Assembly (NCBI GenBank): GCA_965218435.1
Contig: CBDCKW010000009.1
Span: 3,488,001 to 3,552,000, forward strand
Reading direction: 5' to 3'
DNA from: Truepera sp.
GTDB taxonomy: Bacteria; Deinococcota; Deinococci; Deinococcales; Trueperaceae
Length of the DNA: 64,000 bases
Program-made: the position numbers and the translations under genes
Part shown: one piece after another, positions 28,157 to 38,608 of the stretch
Layout: every line of letters begins with the position of its first letter
Numbering within the stretch: position 1 is the first letter of the stretch
The notes under the pieces: generated by a model
The model's input: the letters and a program-made list of their open reading frames with translations, nothing else
The model's database searches: none
What the model was told of the DNA's origin: nothing

Positions 28157-29011
28157 CTACTTTTTGCGGGCCGCTTCTAAGGCGTCCCACTGCTCCGGCG
28201 TCACCTCATCCAAGATATTAAACTCGCCGCCGTTCCACGCGGTTTCGCCGCCGTCTATGGCGATCAGGTCGCCGGTTATAAACGCCGCCGCGTCTGAGAT
28301 GAGGTAGCTCGCTAGGTTCGTAAGCTCGATATGCTCGCCCACGCGCCCCAGCGGAATCTGCTTTTCAAACAGCGCCCCAATCTCCGGCGTCGGCATCAGA
28401 CGGCTCCACGCCCCTTCGGTCGGAAACGGTCCCGGCGCGATGGCGTTTAACCGGATGCCGTACTTGCCCCATTCGGCTGCCAAAGATTTGGTGAGCGCCA
28501 CGACGCCCGCTTTGGCCGCCGCCGAGGGCGCGACGTACCCCGAACCCGCCGCCGCGTAGGTAGTAGCGATATTGAGCACGGTTCCCTTTTGCTCACGCTC
28601 GATCCAGCGTTTACCGAGCTCGAGCGTGCAGTAAAACGTCCCGTGTAAGACGATGTTGAGCACCGCGTCTACAGCTCTAGGCGAAAGCCGTTCGGTCGGT
28701 GAGATAAAGTTTCCGGCGGCGTTATTAACGAGCGCGTCAACCCGCCCGAAATGCGCTTCGGCGGCGTCCATGAGGGCCGTCACCTGATCCGCGTCGCGGA
28801 CGTCGCAGGAAACCGGTAACACCTCGCCGTCCATCTCAGCGGCTGCAGCTCGCAAGACCTCTTCGCGTCGCCCGGTAATCACCAGTTTGGCTCCGAGTGA
28901 CAAAAACCGCTCACCCATCGCCCGCCCGAGCCCGGTGCCGCCGCCGGTAACCACGATGACTTTCCCCTGCAGCAAGGTCTTTGCAAACACATCGGCAAAT
29001 ACTTCTGGCAC
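28157..29011 (-). CDS. SDR, 2,4-dienoyl-CoA reductase type
   Basis: TGGGTGLG, NNAAGNF, SAAAKAG and NAIAPGP motifs. Start approximate (GTG after AGGAGG). Confidence 0.88.
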   Translation of the reverse strand: MPEVFADVFAKTLLQGKVIVVTGGGTGLGRAMGERFLSLGAKLVITGRREEVLRAAAAEMDGEVLPVSCDVRDADQVTALMDAAEAHFGRVDALVNNAAGNFISPTERLSPRAVDAVLNIVLHGTFYCTLELGKRWIEREQKGTVLNIATTYAAAGSGYVAPSAAAKAGVVALTKSLAAEWGKYGIRLNAIAPGPFPTEGAWSRLMPTPEIGALFEKQIPLGRVGEHIELTNLASYLISDAAAFITGDLIAIDGGETAWNGGEFNILDEVTPEQWDALEAARKK

Positions 29012-29397
29012 CTCGAGCCTCCTGTACCCTGCAGCATATAGCACGGCCGCTAAGAGAGGCGCAGTGCTCAGGTTGACTGCGCTGCTACTGACTAGAAGCC
29101 ATTTCAAAAACCCTTGTAGGCTTCAGCCTTAAAGGGTTTGACTGAGTTAGGTGAGGTAGCTGCGAGTAAGCTACGGTGATCTCGGCCCGAAAAGCCGTTT
29201 TTGCGGTAGGTTCTAGGCTGCTAGACACTGCGACGGAAATCATGACCCCACGTGTATTTTTTTGTTAGGCTGGCTTTTGGTGTGCAAGCTGTTTGGGGCA
29301 GCTCAGCTTCCTAAAAATGTACTGGAAAGTGGTCTCTCAGCGGCTTAGTATTGAGGTAAGGTGCTCGCTCAGGAGCGTGCTGAGCGAGAGGAGGAAG

Positions 29398-29595
29398 ATG
29401 CAAGCGTATAAAGGTGTTTTAAGACATGGTGTGGTGGTTTTGCCCGAAGGCGTGCAGCTGCCCGAAGGTGTCACGGTAACCGTAACCGTCAGCGACGTTG
29501 AACTCTTACGCGCCCGAATGCGTGTGGCGCTGATTCGCAACGCGCCTCGGCGTACTCGAGCCCGCCTGTTACCCGACGGGCTCACCGCCAGTTAA
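29398..29595 (+). CDS. Small AbrB/AF2212-like (antitoxin-type) protein
   Basis: YKGVLRHGVVVLPEGVQLPEGVTVTV beta pattern and RBS GAGGAGG. Confidence 0.6.
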   Translation: MQAYKGVLRHGVVVLPEGVQLPEGVTVTVTVSDVELLRARMRVALIRNAPRRTRARLLPDGLTAS

Positions 29596-29629
29596 ACCGG
29601 TGCTGGTCGGTAGGGGCTGATAACCTACA

Positions 29630-30430
29630 ATGGCTGAGGTCACGCTCGTTCCTACCCCGATTGGCAACCTCGAGGACATCACCCTCCGCGCCCTGCGCGT
29701 GTTACGCGAAGCCGACATGGTGGCTGCCGAAGACACACGGCACAGCGGCAAGCTTTTAGCGCACTTTGAGATTTCGAAGCCGCTCGAGCGCTTAGACGCC
29801 CACACCATCACCGACCGTGCTCCAGCCTTACTGGAACGCTACGCCCGGATCGCCTTTGTTACCGACGCGGGTACGCCCGGTCTTAGTGACCCCGGCGCAG
29901 AACTCGTCCAGTTGGCGCTTTTGGGTGGGCATAAGCTCGAGGTGCTCCCCGGCCCGACCGCCCTGATTCCTGCCCTTGTGTTGTCCGGTTTGCCGCTCGC
30001 CCGCTTCTCTTATGAAGGGTTTTTACCACGCAAAGGAGCGTCGCGCCGCGAACGCCTTGGGAGTATCGCGCAGAGCCTGCAGACGGTCGCATTTTACGAA
30101 TCCCCCAAACGCTTGGCTGCAACTTTAGACGACTTGATAACCGTGTGCGGCGAGTCCCGTTCGGTCAGCGTCTCTCGTGAACTCACCAAACGTTTTGAAA
30201 CGACCTACCGGGGTACCCTCGCGGAGGTGCGGGCGCAGCTCGGCGGCGACGTCAAAGGTGAATGTGTCGTTGTGGTGGGGCCGCGTGAGACGCTTCAAAC
30301 TGTAGACTTTTCTAGTTTGGCCCAAACCCTCGCCGAGTCGGGGTTGTCGGGGCGCACTTTAAGAGAGGCGCTAACCCAAGCCGGTGCGCCGCGAAATGTG
30401 GCGTATGAGCTGGCCTTGTTACAACGTTAA
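29630..30430 (+). CDS. rsmI: 16S rRNA (cytidine1402-2'-O)-methyltransferase
   Basis: PTPIGNLEDITLRAL, AEDTR, DAGTPGLSDPG, YESP and RELTKRFE motifs. Confidence 0.95.
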   Translation: MAEVTLVPTPIGNLEDITLRALRVLREADMVAAEDTRHSGKLLAHFEISKPLERLDAHTITDRAPALLERYARIAFVTDAGTPGLSDPGAELVQLALLGGHKLEVLPGPTALIPALVLSGLPLARFSYEGFLPRKGASRRERLGSIAQSLQTVAFYESPKRLAATLDDLITVCGESRSVSVSRELTKRFETTYRGTLAEVRAQLGGDVKGECVVVVGPRETLQTVDFSSLAQTLAESGLSGRTLREALTQAGAPRNVAYELALLQR

Positions 30431-30480
30431 ACCGTAGGTTGCACAGTTAGTATTAGCCTAAATTAGCGTATGCTGTGGTT

Positions 30481-30681
30481 ATGAAGGCTCGAGTAACCGA
30501 AGAAGGCGTTACGATCCCTAAAACGTTGCTGAAGGATGTTGACGTTGTCGAAATTCCCAAAGAAAACGATGTTATTACGGTTATACCTTTCGTAAACGAC
30601 CCTATTCTAGGACTTGGTAGTCAACCTGTTAAGAGCAACGTTACCGACGCTTCAGAAAATCATGACGATCATCTGTACTGA
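30481..30681 (+). CDS. VapB-like antitoxin (AbrB-type N-terminus)
   Basis: MKARVTEEGVTIPK...DASENHDDHLY. TGATG-coupled to the PIN gene. Confidence 0.75.
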   Translation: MKARVTEEGVTIPKTLLKDVDVVEIPKENDVITVIPFVNDPILGLGSQPVKSNVTDASENHDDHLY

Positions 30682-31107
30682 TGAAGTCTGTTTTTGTAGA
30701 TACGGGCTACGGGCTATCTACTGGCTTTAGAGCTGCTGGATGACCAACATCATCAGGCTGCACTCTCTTACTGGAACCAAATAAAAACTGCGTTACCAGA
30801 CCTTGTTACGACCTCATACGTTTTTGACGAAGTGGTCACTTTCTTTAACAGCCGAAATTTACACGCTAAAGCTGTAGAGGTGGGTAACCGACTTTTGCAA
30901 AGCCCTTCGGTCAAGCTTATTCACGTTGACGAAGACCTTTTTAGAACAGCTTGGCAGTATTTTCAAAAGCATGAAGATAAAGCCTATTCGTTTACAGACT
31001 GTGTTTCTTTTGTTGCGATGAGAGAGCAGGGCATCCATACTGCCTTAGCGTTTGATAAGCACTTCATACAAGCGGGGTTCGCAACGCTACCTAGCCCTAA
31101 TGTCTAG
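30681..31107 (+). pseudogene. VapC PIN-domain toxin frameshifted by a 7-bp duplication
   Basis: TACGGGC twice at 30701-30714. Removing one copy gives MKSVFVDTGYLLALEL..DQHH...TTSYVFDEV...YSFTDCVSF...AFDKHF. Confidence 0.88.
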
Positions 31108-31340
31108 CGTCTTTGAGCCACAGGTCTATAGCTTCATCATTTTGCATAGTGGGATGGTTTTTCAGCGACCACGAACCGGCAAGTTTCTGCTAAAGCTGAA
31201 CTTTGCTCGGTAAGCTCGAGCTGCTCCCTAACGGCCTCGGTAATAAATGAGCTGCGTTTGCGGCTGGGTACGGTTTCGTTAAGACGCTCGAGCAGCTCCT
31301 TTGGCAGTGTCACGGTAACTTTTTGGTATTCTGTAGGCAT
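31097..31340 (-). pseudogene. RHH/CopG-type antitoxin-like gene with apparent 1-nt frameshift
   Basis: KVTVTLPKELLERL...RSSFITEAVRE. Deleting one base at 31181-82 restores ETAGSWSLKNHP...IDLWLKDARH*. Confidence 0.6.
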
Positions 31341-31439
31341 CTAGCTAGACTTCCTCTAAAACGTCTAAGTTAGCACAGGCTTGATCGGCCCGGTGCGTCA
31401 CGCAATCATTACTTGCTTCCCCGGCACACCTGCTTAGCA

Positions 31440-32399
31440 CTACAGCAGAGACTGCGCCAAAGCCAAATAATGCTGATACTTTCTCGTTGTAGCTTCTTGC
31501 CAATCGCTCGGACGTTCTACCAACCGCTGATCTAATCCCAGGGGAACTTCGTACAAGCTGCGGGCAAAACGAGCTACCCAAAAAGCGACCAAGAACGGAT
31601 AGTAAACCCTTGTGCGCTCCGCTACAGCGTCGTTTCGGCTGAGTCTCGCGTAGGTATGAATGACCCATTCCCAACGCGAACAGGGTACGCCGAGGTACGC
31701 CGGATGCGTCATCAGATTCGCCAGTTCAAAGGCCGGGTCACTCCACCCGCTCCCCTCCCAATCCACCGCGTAAAGCTCGCCTGAGCAGCTGATAAAGTTG
31801 CTGACGTTGGCGTCAATATGGCAGAGCACGCGTTCGTTTTTAGCGTCCGGTGCGGGGACGCCTGCAAGAGCCCCCAACACGTCCCGGAGGCCGTCAGGCC
31901 AAGCGTGTTCCGGGATAAGGCGAGCTTGTCTAAGTGCGAGCCGTTTAGCTTCTGCGGGCGACGCGGCTGCAAAGACGCCCGAGCGAATAGGTAAGGGGGT
32001 CATCGCTGGTGTGATTTTATGAACCGCTGCGTAAAGCTGTACAAGGCGTTCCCACGTTGCGTCTGTTTGCGGCGGGGCGGTCATAACCTGTCCTCCCAAC
32101 CATTCCTGCACCACAACGGGGTAGTTGTACAGCTCTTGCTCGAGCCAGACCGGGGCCGGAGCTAACCGCAACTCGAGCTGCTGCAACGCCGTCAAAGCCA
32201 AGAATTCGCGTTCTGCGCGGCCACGTTCGTCGCGGAGCGTAAGCTTTACCGCTACGTCCATGTCTCCGCTGGTGGCTCGGTAGATAAGGTTGTTGGCCCC
32301 ACCGTTTACGGGTATGACGCGCCAGCTACCGAAGTCGTGAGGCTGAGGTCCGGCAGGAAGGTGCTCGACGAGTCTTTCAAGGCTGTTTCGCCCGGTCAT
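31440..32399 (-). CDS. Aminoglycoside phosphotransferase/choline kinase family protein
   Basis: GGANN, VAVK, LCHIDANVSNF and VDWE..G..DPAFELA motifs. Confidence 0.85.
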   Translation of the reverse strand: MTGRNSLERLVEHLPAGPQPHDFGSWRVIPVNGGANNLIYRATSGDMDVAVKLTLRDERGRAEREFLALTALQQLELRLAPAPVWLEQELYNYPVVVQEWLGGQVMTAPPQTDATWERLVQLYAAVHKITPAMTPLPIRSGVFAAASPAEAKRLALRQARLIPEHAWPDGLRDVLGALAGVPAPDAKNERVLCHIDANVSNFISCSGELYAVDWEGSGWSDPAFELANLMTHPAYLGVPCSRWEWVIHTYARLSRNDAVAERTRVYYPFLVAFWVARFARSLYEVPLGLDQRLVERPSDWQEATTRKYQHYLALAQSLL

Positions 32400-32489
32400 G
32401 GGCTACCGTAACACGGTGCGTTTAACGCGCTGAGGCTGACTTTTAGAAGCGGCTCGAGCTTAACGGCAGGTTATAGACTGTAGTTGCTT

Positions 32490-33080
32490 ATGCGCCTGTT
32501 TCACTTTAGCGATAATCTTGATATTGACATCTTTATCCCACGGCCCGTCCGCATTTCAGTAGAACGACCCTCGGGTATGGCGTGGCTGAACGGCCCGCTC
32601 GTCTGGGCCATAGACGAAAAGCATCAACCTATGTACCTGTTTCCTCGAGAGTGCCCACGCGTTTTGCTATGGACAACGCCTGAGACAACGACTGAAGATC
32701 ATGACTATTGGTGGCAGGGAAGCAGGAGCAAAGTTCTCGCTTATACCGAAAAAGCGTGGCTGGGGCGTGTTCAGCGTGAGACCATTTACCGTTATGAGAT
32801 GCCGAGTTTGACCTTTGAAGACCTAGATGATGCGGGCATGTGGGTTTCTAAAGTCGCGGTAAAACCTAGCCGACTCGAGGCGCTTTCAAATTTACCGAAA
32901 GAACATCAAGCTTATGACGTCGAACTCCGAGTTTTAGAAAATCTCCTACCCCTTAAAGGAGTATGGAACAGCTCACTTCACGCTAGCGGTATCAGGCTGC
33001 GTAACGCACAGCGTTGGGGCGAGCCCGGCTGGACGCATTCCAAAAAAGGTAGAGTTATCCCCGTTACAAAACTCGACTAA
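32490..33080 (+). CDS. Conserved hypothetical protein (DUF6886-like)
   Basis: MRLFHFS...F.PRP...LVWAID....MYLFPRECPR...SGIRLRNA pattern, recalled from memory. Confidence 0.7.
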   Translation: MRLFHFSDNLDIDIFIPRPVRISVERPSGMAWLNGPLVWAIDEKHQPMYLFPRECPRVLLWTTPETTTEDHDYWWQGSRSKVLAYTEKAWLGRVQRETIYRYEMPSLTFEDLDDAGMWVSKVAVKPSRLEALSNLPKEHQAYDVELRVLENLLPLKGVWNSSLHASGIRLRNAQRWGEPGWTHSKKGRVIPVTKLD

Positions 33081-33211
33081 AAACTTTTTTGAGAAACATC
33101 TAACCCTTTAAGGACCGAAAAGTATAGCTGTTTGTGAAGCTGTCTTTTGCGTGCAAATTTTGAACATCTATTCGGGTAAACTGTTACTAGACGCCCGGAG
33201 GGGCTATTTTT

Positions 33212-36200
33212 ATGTCGCAAACGCTTATCCAGACAACCTCAAAACGACTGCTCGGCCTGCCTGCAGTCGTGCGGCTGATGCTTTTTACGCGGCAGAGCGG
33301 CCCGGCGGTGCTGATTACGACCGCTGAGCGGCTCGAGCTGTTTTCTCAGAGCGGTGTTTTTGGGGAGCCCTCGAGCCTCAACCCAAACTTAAGCGATTGG
33401 CCCAACAAGCGTGACAAAGTTGTCCTCGACCTAAATAACGCCCTAAAGCCGTTTCCCGTCAATCCCGAACGTTACGCGCTCACGCTGACGCTGGGCCAAG
33501 ACTACCCGCGCGAGGCGCTCTTGGCGCAACTCGTGAGCTTCGGTTACTTGCGCGATGAACTGCCGGGGTTTGTGGTGCGCGGCGATACGGTAACGCTTTA
33601 CCTGAACGCTGACGAAGAGAAAGCCTTACGGCTCGAGTTTTTCGGCGATGAACTCGATACCTTAACCTTTTCCGGTCAGGCGGTGCAAAGCTATACGTTA
33701 GCCCCGCGTGAAGATGCCGAACTAGACGATACTGAAGCTGCTTGGACGAGCCATCTCTTAGAGCACCTTCCCGGCCCGGTCTTTTTGGATTCGTCCGAAC
33801 TTTTTGCCGGTGAAATTAACTCGGGCGAACTGGGCTGGCTTTGGGAGCATTTAGCTGCGCGTGAAGTTGTCTCGTTTGGGCGCGACTCGCTCTCACTACC
33901 GGACGAAAAGAGCGGGCTCGAGCCTCTCGGTTACTACCGAGGTAAGCTGACGACCTTTGCTCGAGAGGCGAAGACGTGGCTCGAGGGTGGCTACAGCGTC
34001 ACCTTACTTTTGCGGTTTGAACGCACCGGGCGGTATCTGCAAGAAAAAGTTTTGGAAGGTGTCGAGACGACCTGGGCGAACCAAGTCACTGCGCGTCCGG
34101 GACAGTTGACGTTGGTCGCCGGGGCCGATACGCGCGGCGGTTACCGCGACGTAAAGGCCAAAGAGGTCGTCTTAACCGAAGACCTCTTGTACGGCTATCA
34201 GGGCTCGAGACCGGGCGGCGTCGGGTCGAAGAAGCTTTCCGGGCGGCGTGTGCAAGACACCGTGCAGCTTTCGGTCGGCGACTATTTGATTCACCCCGAC
34301 CACGGTATCGGGCGGTTTTTGGGACTCGAGCCGCGGCAAGTGTTAGGCGTGACCCGCGACTACCTCATCCTCAAATACGCGGGTGAGGGCAAACTCTACC
34401 TGCCGGTTGAGCAGCTGCCCCTGTTGCGCCGTCACCCCGGTACCACCGACGACCCGCCGCGCCTCAGCACGCTGGGTACGAACGAATGGGCGCGGGCGCG
34501 GGAGAAGGCTCGAGTCGGTGCCCAAGAACTCGCGCTCAAACTCATCCGCACCTACGCCGAGCGGCAGGTGCAAGCCGGGTTGCCCATGCCCGCCAACCCC
34601 GAGTGGGACGTGCTCATCGAAGAAAACTGCCCCTTTGTCCTGACGCCCGACCAGAAGGGTGCAGTTCAGGCGACTTGGCGCGATATGGCGAAAGATGTGC
34701 CGATGGACCGGCTGATTTCGGGCGACGTGGGTTTCGGCAAGACCGAAGTGGCGATTCGGGCGGCGCACCGGGCGGTGGGTCACGGCAAACAGGTCGCCAT
34801 GCTCGTCCCGACGACGGTTTTGGCCTCACAACACTTTGAGACGTATCAGGAGCGGTTTGCGGGGCTTCCGGTGAGGCTCGAGCTCCTCTCCCGCTTCTCC
34901 TCGGACCGCGAGGCGCGTGACATTATCAAAGGGCTTAAAGACGGCACGGTAGACATTGTCATCGGCACGCACCGCCTCTTGTCCGAAGAGATTAAATTCA
35001 AGGATTTGGGCCTGTTGATCGTAGACGAAGAACACCGTTTCGGGGTTGGACAAAAAGAGCGGATGAAGGGACTGAAAGCGAATTTAGATGTGTTGTCGCT
35101 CTCCGCCACACCGATTCCCCGGACGCTTTACATGAGTTTGGTAGGGCTCCGCGACGTATCGCAGATTATGACGCCCCCGGCAGGCCGTCAACCGATTCAG
35201 ACGGTGCTCCAGCCCTTTGACCCGATGGTCGCGCGTGAGGCGATTATGTTTGAGCTCGAGCGCGGCGGCAAAACCTTTTATATCCACGACCGTGTGGGCT
35301 CGATGGGTTCAAAGGCGTTATGGCTGCAAAAACTCGTTCCCGAAGCGCGTATCGGCGTGGCGCACGGGCAGATGGGCGGCGACGAGTTAGAAGAGGTGAT
35401 GCTCAACTTTACCGAGGGCGCGTATGACATTTTGCTGGCCACCACTATCGTCGAATCGGGTCTTGACGTCGCCGGTGCCAATACGCTGGTCATCGAACGC
35501 GCCGACAAACTCGGGTTGGCGCAGCTTTATCAGCTTCGGGGCCGCGTCGGAAGGCGCACCACCGAAGCGTGGGCGTACCTGCTCTATCCGGGCCGCTTGA
35601 CCGAGCAGGCGCAGCGGCGGCTTTACGCTATAGCTGAACTCAACGACTTAGGCAGCGGGCATCTCTTGGCCGAGAAAGACATGGAGATTCGCGGCGTCGG
35701 CAACCTCTTGGGCCCGGAGCAGCACGGCAATATCAGCGCGGTGTCGCTCGAGGTTTATACCGAAATGCTCGCTGAAGAGATCGCCAAACTCAAAGGTGAA
35801 GCGGCGACTGAAGCGCGTAAAGCCGTGGCTATTGACCTGAGTTTAGACGCACGCCTCAGTCCGACCTATATCGCCGATGACGACGCCCGCATCGCCTACT
35901 ACGGCCGCCTGTCTGAAACGGACAGCTTGGCTGAGGTAGCGCGGGTACAGCGCGAACTGCGTGAACGCTACGGGCCGCTGCCGCCTGAAGTCAAGGTCTT
36001 TACCGAACTCGTTAAACTGCGCCTTTTGGCGGCCCAAAAAGGTGTAGCGATGATTTCTGAACATATGACCGATGTGCAGATTGCGTTTGCGGGCGAAAGT
36101 TTAGATTACGACGCCCGTAAACTTAAGAGCTTACCTTTTACGGCCGAAGCGACGCGTTATCCGCCCGGTTTTAGCATCAAAAAGCGCGGGATTAAAGGTG

Positions 36201-36247
36201 ACGCGCTCTTAAACGCTATCACTGACGTTCTCTACCTCTGCGGTTAA
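33212..36247 (+). CDS. mfd: Transcription-repair coupling factor
   Basis: CarD-like RID ([12 protein letters not shown]), [37 protein letters not shown] motif and TRCF C-terminus. Confidence 0.96.
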   Translation: MSQTLIQTTSKRLLGLPAVVRLMLFTRQSGPAVLITTAERLELFSQSGVFGEPSSLNPNLSDWPNKRDKVVLDLNNALKPFPVNPERYALTLTLGQDYPREALLAQLVSFGYLRDELPGFVVRGDTVTLYLNADEEKALRLEFFGDELDTLTFSGQAVQSYTLAPREDAELDDTEAAWTSHLLEHLPGPVFLDSSELFAGEINSGELGWLWEHLAAREVVSFGRDSLSLPDEKSGLEPLGYYRGKLTTFAREAKTWLEGGYSVTLLLRFERTGRYLQEKVLEGVETTWANQVTARPGQLTLVAGADTRGGYRDVKAKEVVLTEDLLYGYQGSRPGGVGSKKLSGRRVQDTVQLSVGDYLIHPDHGIGRFLGLEPRQVLGVTRDYLILKYAGEGKLYLPVEQLPLLRRHPGTTDDPPRLSTLGTNEWARAREKARVGAQELALKLIRTYAERQVQAGLPMPANPEWDVLIEENCPFVLTPDQKGAVQATWRDMAKDVPMDRLISGDVGFGKTEVAIRAAHRAVGHGKQVAMLVPTTVLASQHFETYQERFAGLPVRLELLSRFSSDREARDIIKGLKDGTVDIVIGTHRLLSEEIKFKDLGLLIVDEEHRFGVGQKERMKGLKANLDVLSLSATPIPRTLYMSLVGLRDVSQIMTPPAGRQPIQTVLQPFDPMVAREAIMFELERGGKTFYIHDRVGSMGSKALWLQKLVPEARIGVAHGQMGGDELEEVMLNFTEGAYDILLATTIVESGLDVAGANTLVIERADKLGLAQLYQLRGRVGRRTTEAWAYLLYPGRLTEQAQRRLYAIAELNDLGSGHLLAEKDMEIRGVGNLLGPEQHGNISAVSLEVYTEMLAEEIAKLKGEAATEARKAVAIDLSLDARLSPTYIADDDARIAYYGRLSETDSLAEVARVQRELRERYGPLPPEVKVFTELVKLRLLAAQKGVAMISEHMTDVQIAFAGESLDYDARKLKSLPFTAEATRYPPGFSIKKRGIKGDALLNAITDVLYLCG

Positions 36248-36261
36248 GAGCAAAATAAGAC

Positions 36262-36297
36262 ACAGGAAAGAGCGGCCCTAGGGCCGCTCTTTCCTGT
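36262..36297. terminator. Bidirectional terminator (perfect 36-bp palindrome)
   Basis: ACAGGAAAGAGCGGCCCT|AGGGCCGCTCTTTCCTGT between convergent genes. Confidence 0.85.
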
Positions 36298-36310
36298 AGC
36301 TAAACCTAGC

Positions 36311-36820
36311 TTAGAAGTGGTAGTTAAACCCGAGCACGCCGCGAGGCTGGAACGTGAAGGGTACGCTAACGCTCGTACCAAGTTCGGCGTAGAAGCCGAT
36401 CTCACGGTTGAAACGGTATTCGCCGCCGAGGAAGCCGGTAAGCCCAAAGCTGGGGCTTACGGGGAAAACCGTACCCAACTGGAGGCCGGGACCGCCGTAA
36501 AGCACGATGTTTTGGTCGAGCTGAGTAATGGTAAACAGCGCATCTACGTCTAAGCTGAGGCTGGTTGCGAGAAAGTTACCAGCAAAGCTAAAACGCAAGT
36601 CGGGCGTTGCGCCGAAAAGCTGCGCATTTTCAATCGTGTAGTGGACGCTGAGCGGAAAGGGAATCGAAGCGCCGACGTTTTGAGTTGTGTCGAAATTTAC
36701 ACCCTCTTGCGGCGCTATGGTTACCGAAACGCCATTCTTACTTGCGCTTGCGTCTGTTTGAGCAAAGGCGACGCCTGTTAAAAGAAGCGCACCTGCAACT
36801 GCAACCAATAATTTACGCAT
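36311..36820 (-). CDS. Small outer-membrane beta-barrel protein
   Basis: Signal peptide AFA-Q, alternating beta pattern and C-terminal GFNYHF BAM signal. Confidence 0.8.
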   Translation of the reverse strand: MRKLLVAVAGALLLTGVAFAQTDASASKNGVSVTIAPQEGVNFDTTQNVGASIPFPLSVHYTIENAQLFGATPDLRFSFAGNFLATSLSLDVDALFTITQLDQNIVLYGGPGLQLGTVFPVSPSFGLTGFLGGEYRFNREIGFYAELGTSVSVPFTFQPRGVLGFNYHF

Positions 36821-36977
36821 GTTCAACCTCCAAAAGTTGTGTGAGCACATCCCTGCTGCCGCTCACGTTCAAGCGGTTATATCACGGGTGTTCGTGGGGT
36901 AACAAGTAGGAGAGACTACAGCTTTTGTGTAAATAGCCCACAATCCTCTCCCGGATAGAGCACGTTTCGCCGCCATT

Positions 36978-37328
36978 TTAGCTGCTACCAGTCCGCTCGA
37001 GATACCGCTCTTGGCCGTTTCTAAGTTTTTGCGTCATGCGGTTACACGGTGGTAACGCCTCATATTTGCTCAGATAAGCGCGGAGGAGCGCCGCCTCTTC
37101 CGAACGCGGCACCCGGCTGTAACGGCTGCGCCAGTAGACTGCTTGCTCAGTAATACACGGGTTTTTTCCCAGATGCTGCCGGATACGGTTCGGCACGTCT
37201 TTGGCCGACTGACCGATGTAGATGACCTGTTTTTTGGCGTCGGCGAGTTCGTACACCCCCGGTTCGGCGTCGCGGCCACGTTTGGGCGGGAGCGCGTCTA
37301 ACTTTCGCCACCGTGCGCTAATCGGCAC
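36978..37328 (-). CDS. Small GIY-YIG superfamily protein
   Basis: PGVYEL...IYIGQS...RIRQH...E motif. Confidence 0.75.
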   Translation of the reverse strand: MPISARWRKLDALPPKRGRDAEPGVYELADAKKQVIYIGQSAKDVPNRIRQHLGKNPCITEQAVYWRSRYSRVPRSEEAALLRAYLSKYEALPPCNRMTQKLRNGQERYLERTGSS

Positions 37329-37372
37329 TAGCTCTCACCGTCTCAGCTTTCACAACCTCAGTTTTCACAACC

Positions 37373-38398
37373 TCAGCTCTCGTAACCCAGTTCGCGCAAA
37401 GATTCGGGGTCTTCACGCCACTGTTTGTGAACGGACACCTCGAGGTCTAAATACACGCCCCGGCCTAGAAAAATCTCGAGCTGCTTTCTGGCCGTGCGCC
37501 CGATTTCGCGGATCATGCTGCCACCTTTGCCCAGCACAATCATCCGGTGGTTGGCACGTTCCACCCAGATTTCGGCCATGATGTAGATCAGGTCGTCCGA
37601 GGCTTCTTCCGGGTCGCGCCACTCTAAAACCTGTACGGCGACCGTGTACGGGAGTTCTTGACGCAAGTGCGTCATCGCGCTCTCGCGGATGATTTCACCC
37701 GCCCAGGTTTCACGCGATTGGTCGCTGCGGATGTTGTCCGGGAAAAAGAAAGGACCCGGTTCCAGTTCGCTTAAAAGTTCGCTGCGCAGACGGTAGACCG
37801 CTTCGGGGTCGCTTTGGGCGCTCAGGCTATAGCTACGGCTGACAGTCGGTACGAGGTCGCCGTAAAGCTCTAAAGCTTCGTCAGGATACTTGGCCGCGTC
37901 GAGCTTGTTGCCGACTAAATAGATACGCGTGTCGGGGTCTAAACCGCGCAGGAGCCGCGCGACGTCTTTGTCCTCATCTCCCGGGGGGCGGCGCAGATCA
38001 ACGAGCCATAAGATCACGTCAACGTCCACCACAGCGGCTCGTACCTCGCGGTTCATATACTCGCCGAGCGCATCTTTGGGTCGGTGAAACCCGGGTGTAT
38101 CTACAAAAACGAGCTGCCGGTCGTCCTCAGTAAAGATGCCGCGCACGCCGCGCCGGGTGGTTTGCGGCTTTGAAGTAATCGGCGCGACTTTAACACCTAA
38201 CAGCGTGTTCAGCAGCGTAGATTTGCCGACGTTGGGTTTACCTAAGATAGCGACGAAACCCGAGTAGGTGTCGCCCCCGATCTCTAACATTCCCGGTTCT
38301 AAAGGTTCTGGTGCGGTCGTTTCCAGCTCTGAAGTTATAGGTTCTGAGGTTATAGGTTCTGGAACTATGGGTGAGGTGGTCTCTGAGGGTTCAGACAT
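37373..38398 (-). CDS. era: GTPase Era
   Basis: GKPNVGKST, PQTTR, DTPG, NKLD and KH domain (ELPY, GKGG). Confidence 0.96.
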   Translation of the reverse strand: MSEPSETTSPIVPEPITSEPITSELETTAPEPLEPGMLEIGGDTYSGFVAILGKPNVGKSTLLNTLLGVKVAPITSKPQTTRRGVRGIFTEDDRQLVFVDTPGFHRPKDALGEYMNREVRAAVVDVDVILWLVDLRRPPGDEDKDVARLLRGLDPDTRIYLVGNKLDAAKYPDEALELYGDLVPTVSRSYSLSAQSDPEAVYRLRSELLSELEPGPFFFPDNIRSDQSRETWAGEIIRESAMTHLRQELPYTVAVQVLEWRDPEEASDDLIYIMAEIWVERANHRMIVLGKGGSMIREIGRTARKQLEIFLGRGVYLDLEVSVHKQWREDPESLRELGYES

Positions 38399-38608
38399 GT
38401 CGTACTCCTTTATCTTTGCTAACGCTGTCCTAAGGCGAGAAGCTCTAAGGCTGAGGTAGTATAGCGCCTCGAGCCCTCACCTTCCGCAGCTCAAAGCGCG
38501 TCAATCTGTCTTTTACAGACGCTTTTTCACCTGCACGTTCGTTGGTTACGCTTTGCAAAACTTCACAAAAGGGTGTGCAAAAACGCTGAACTATGCTAAC
38601 TTTAGAGC

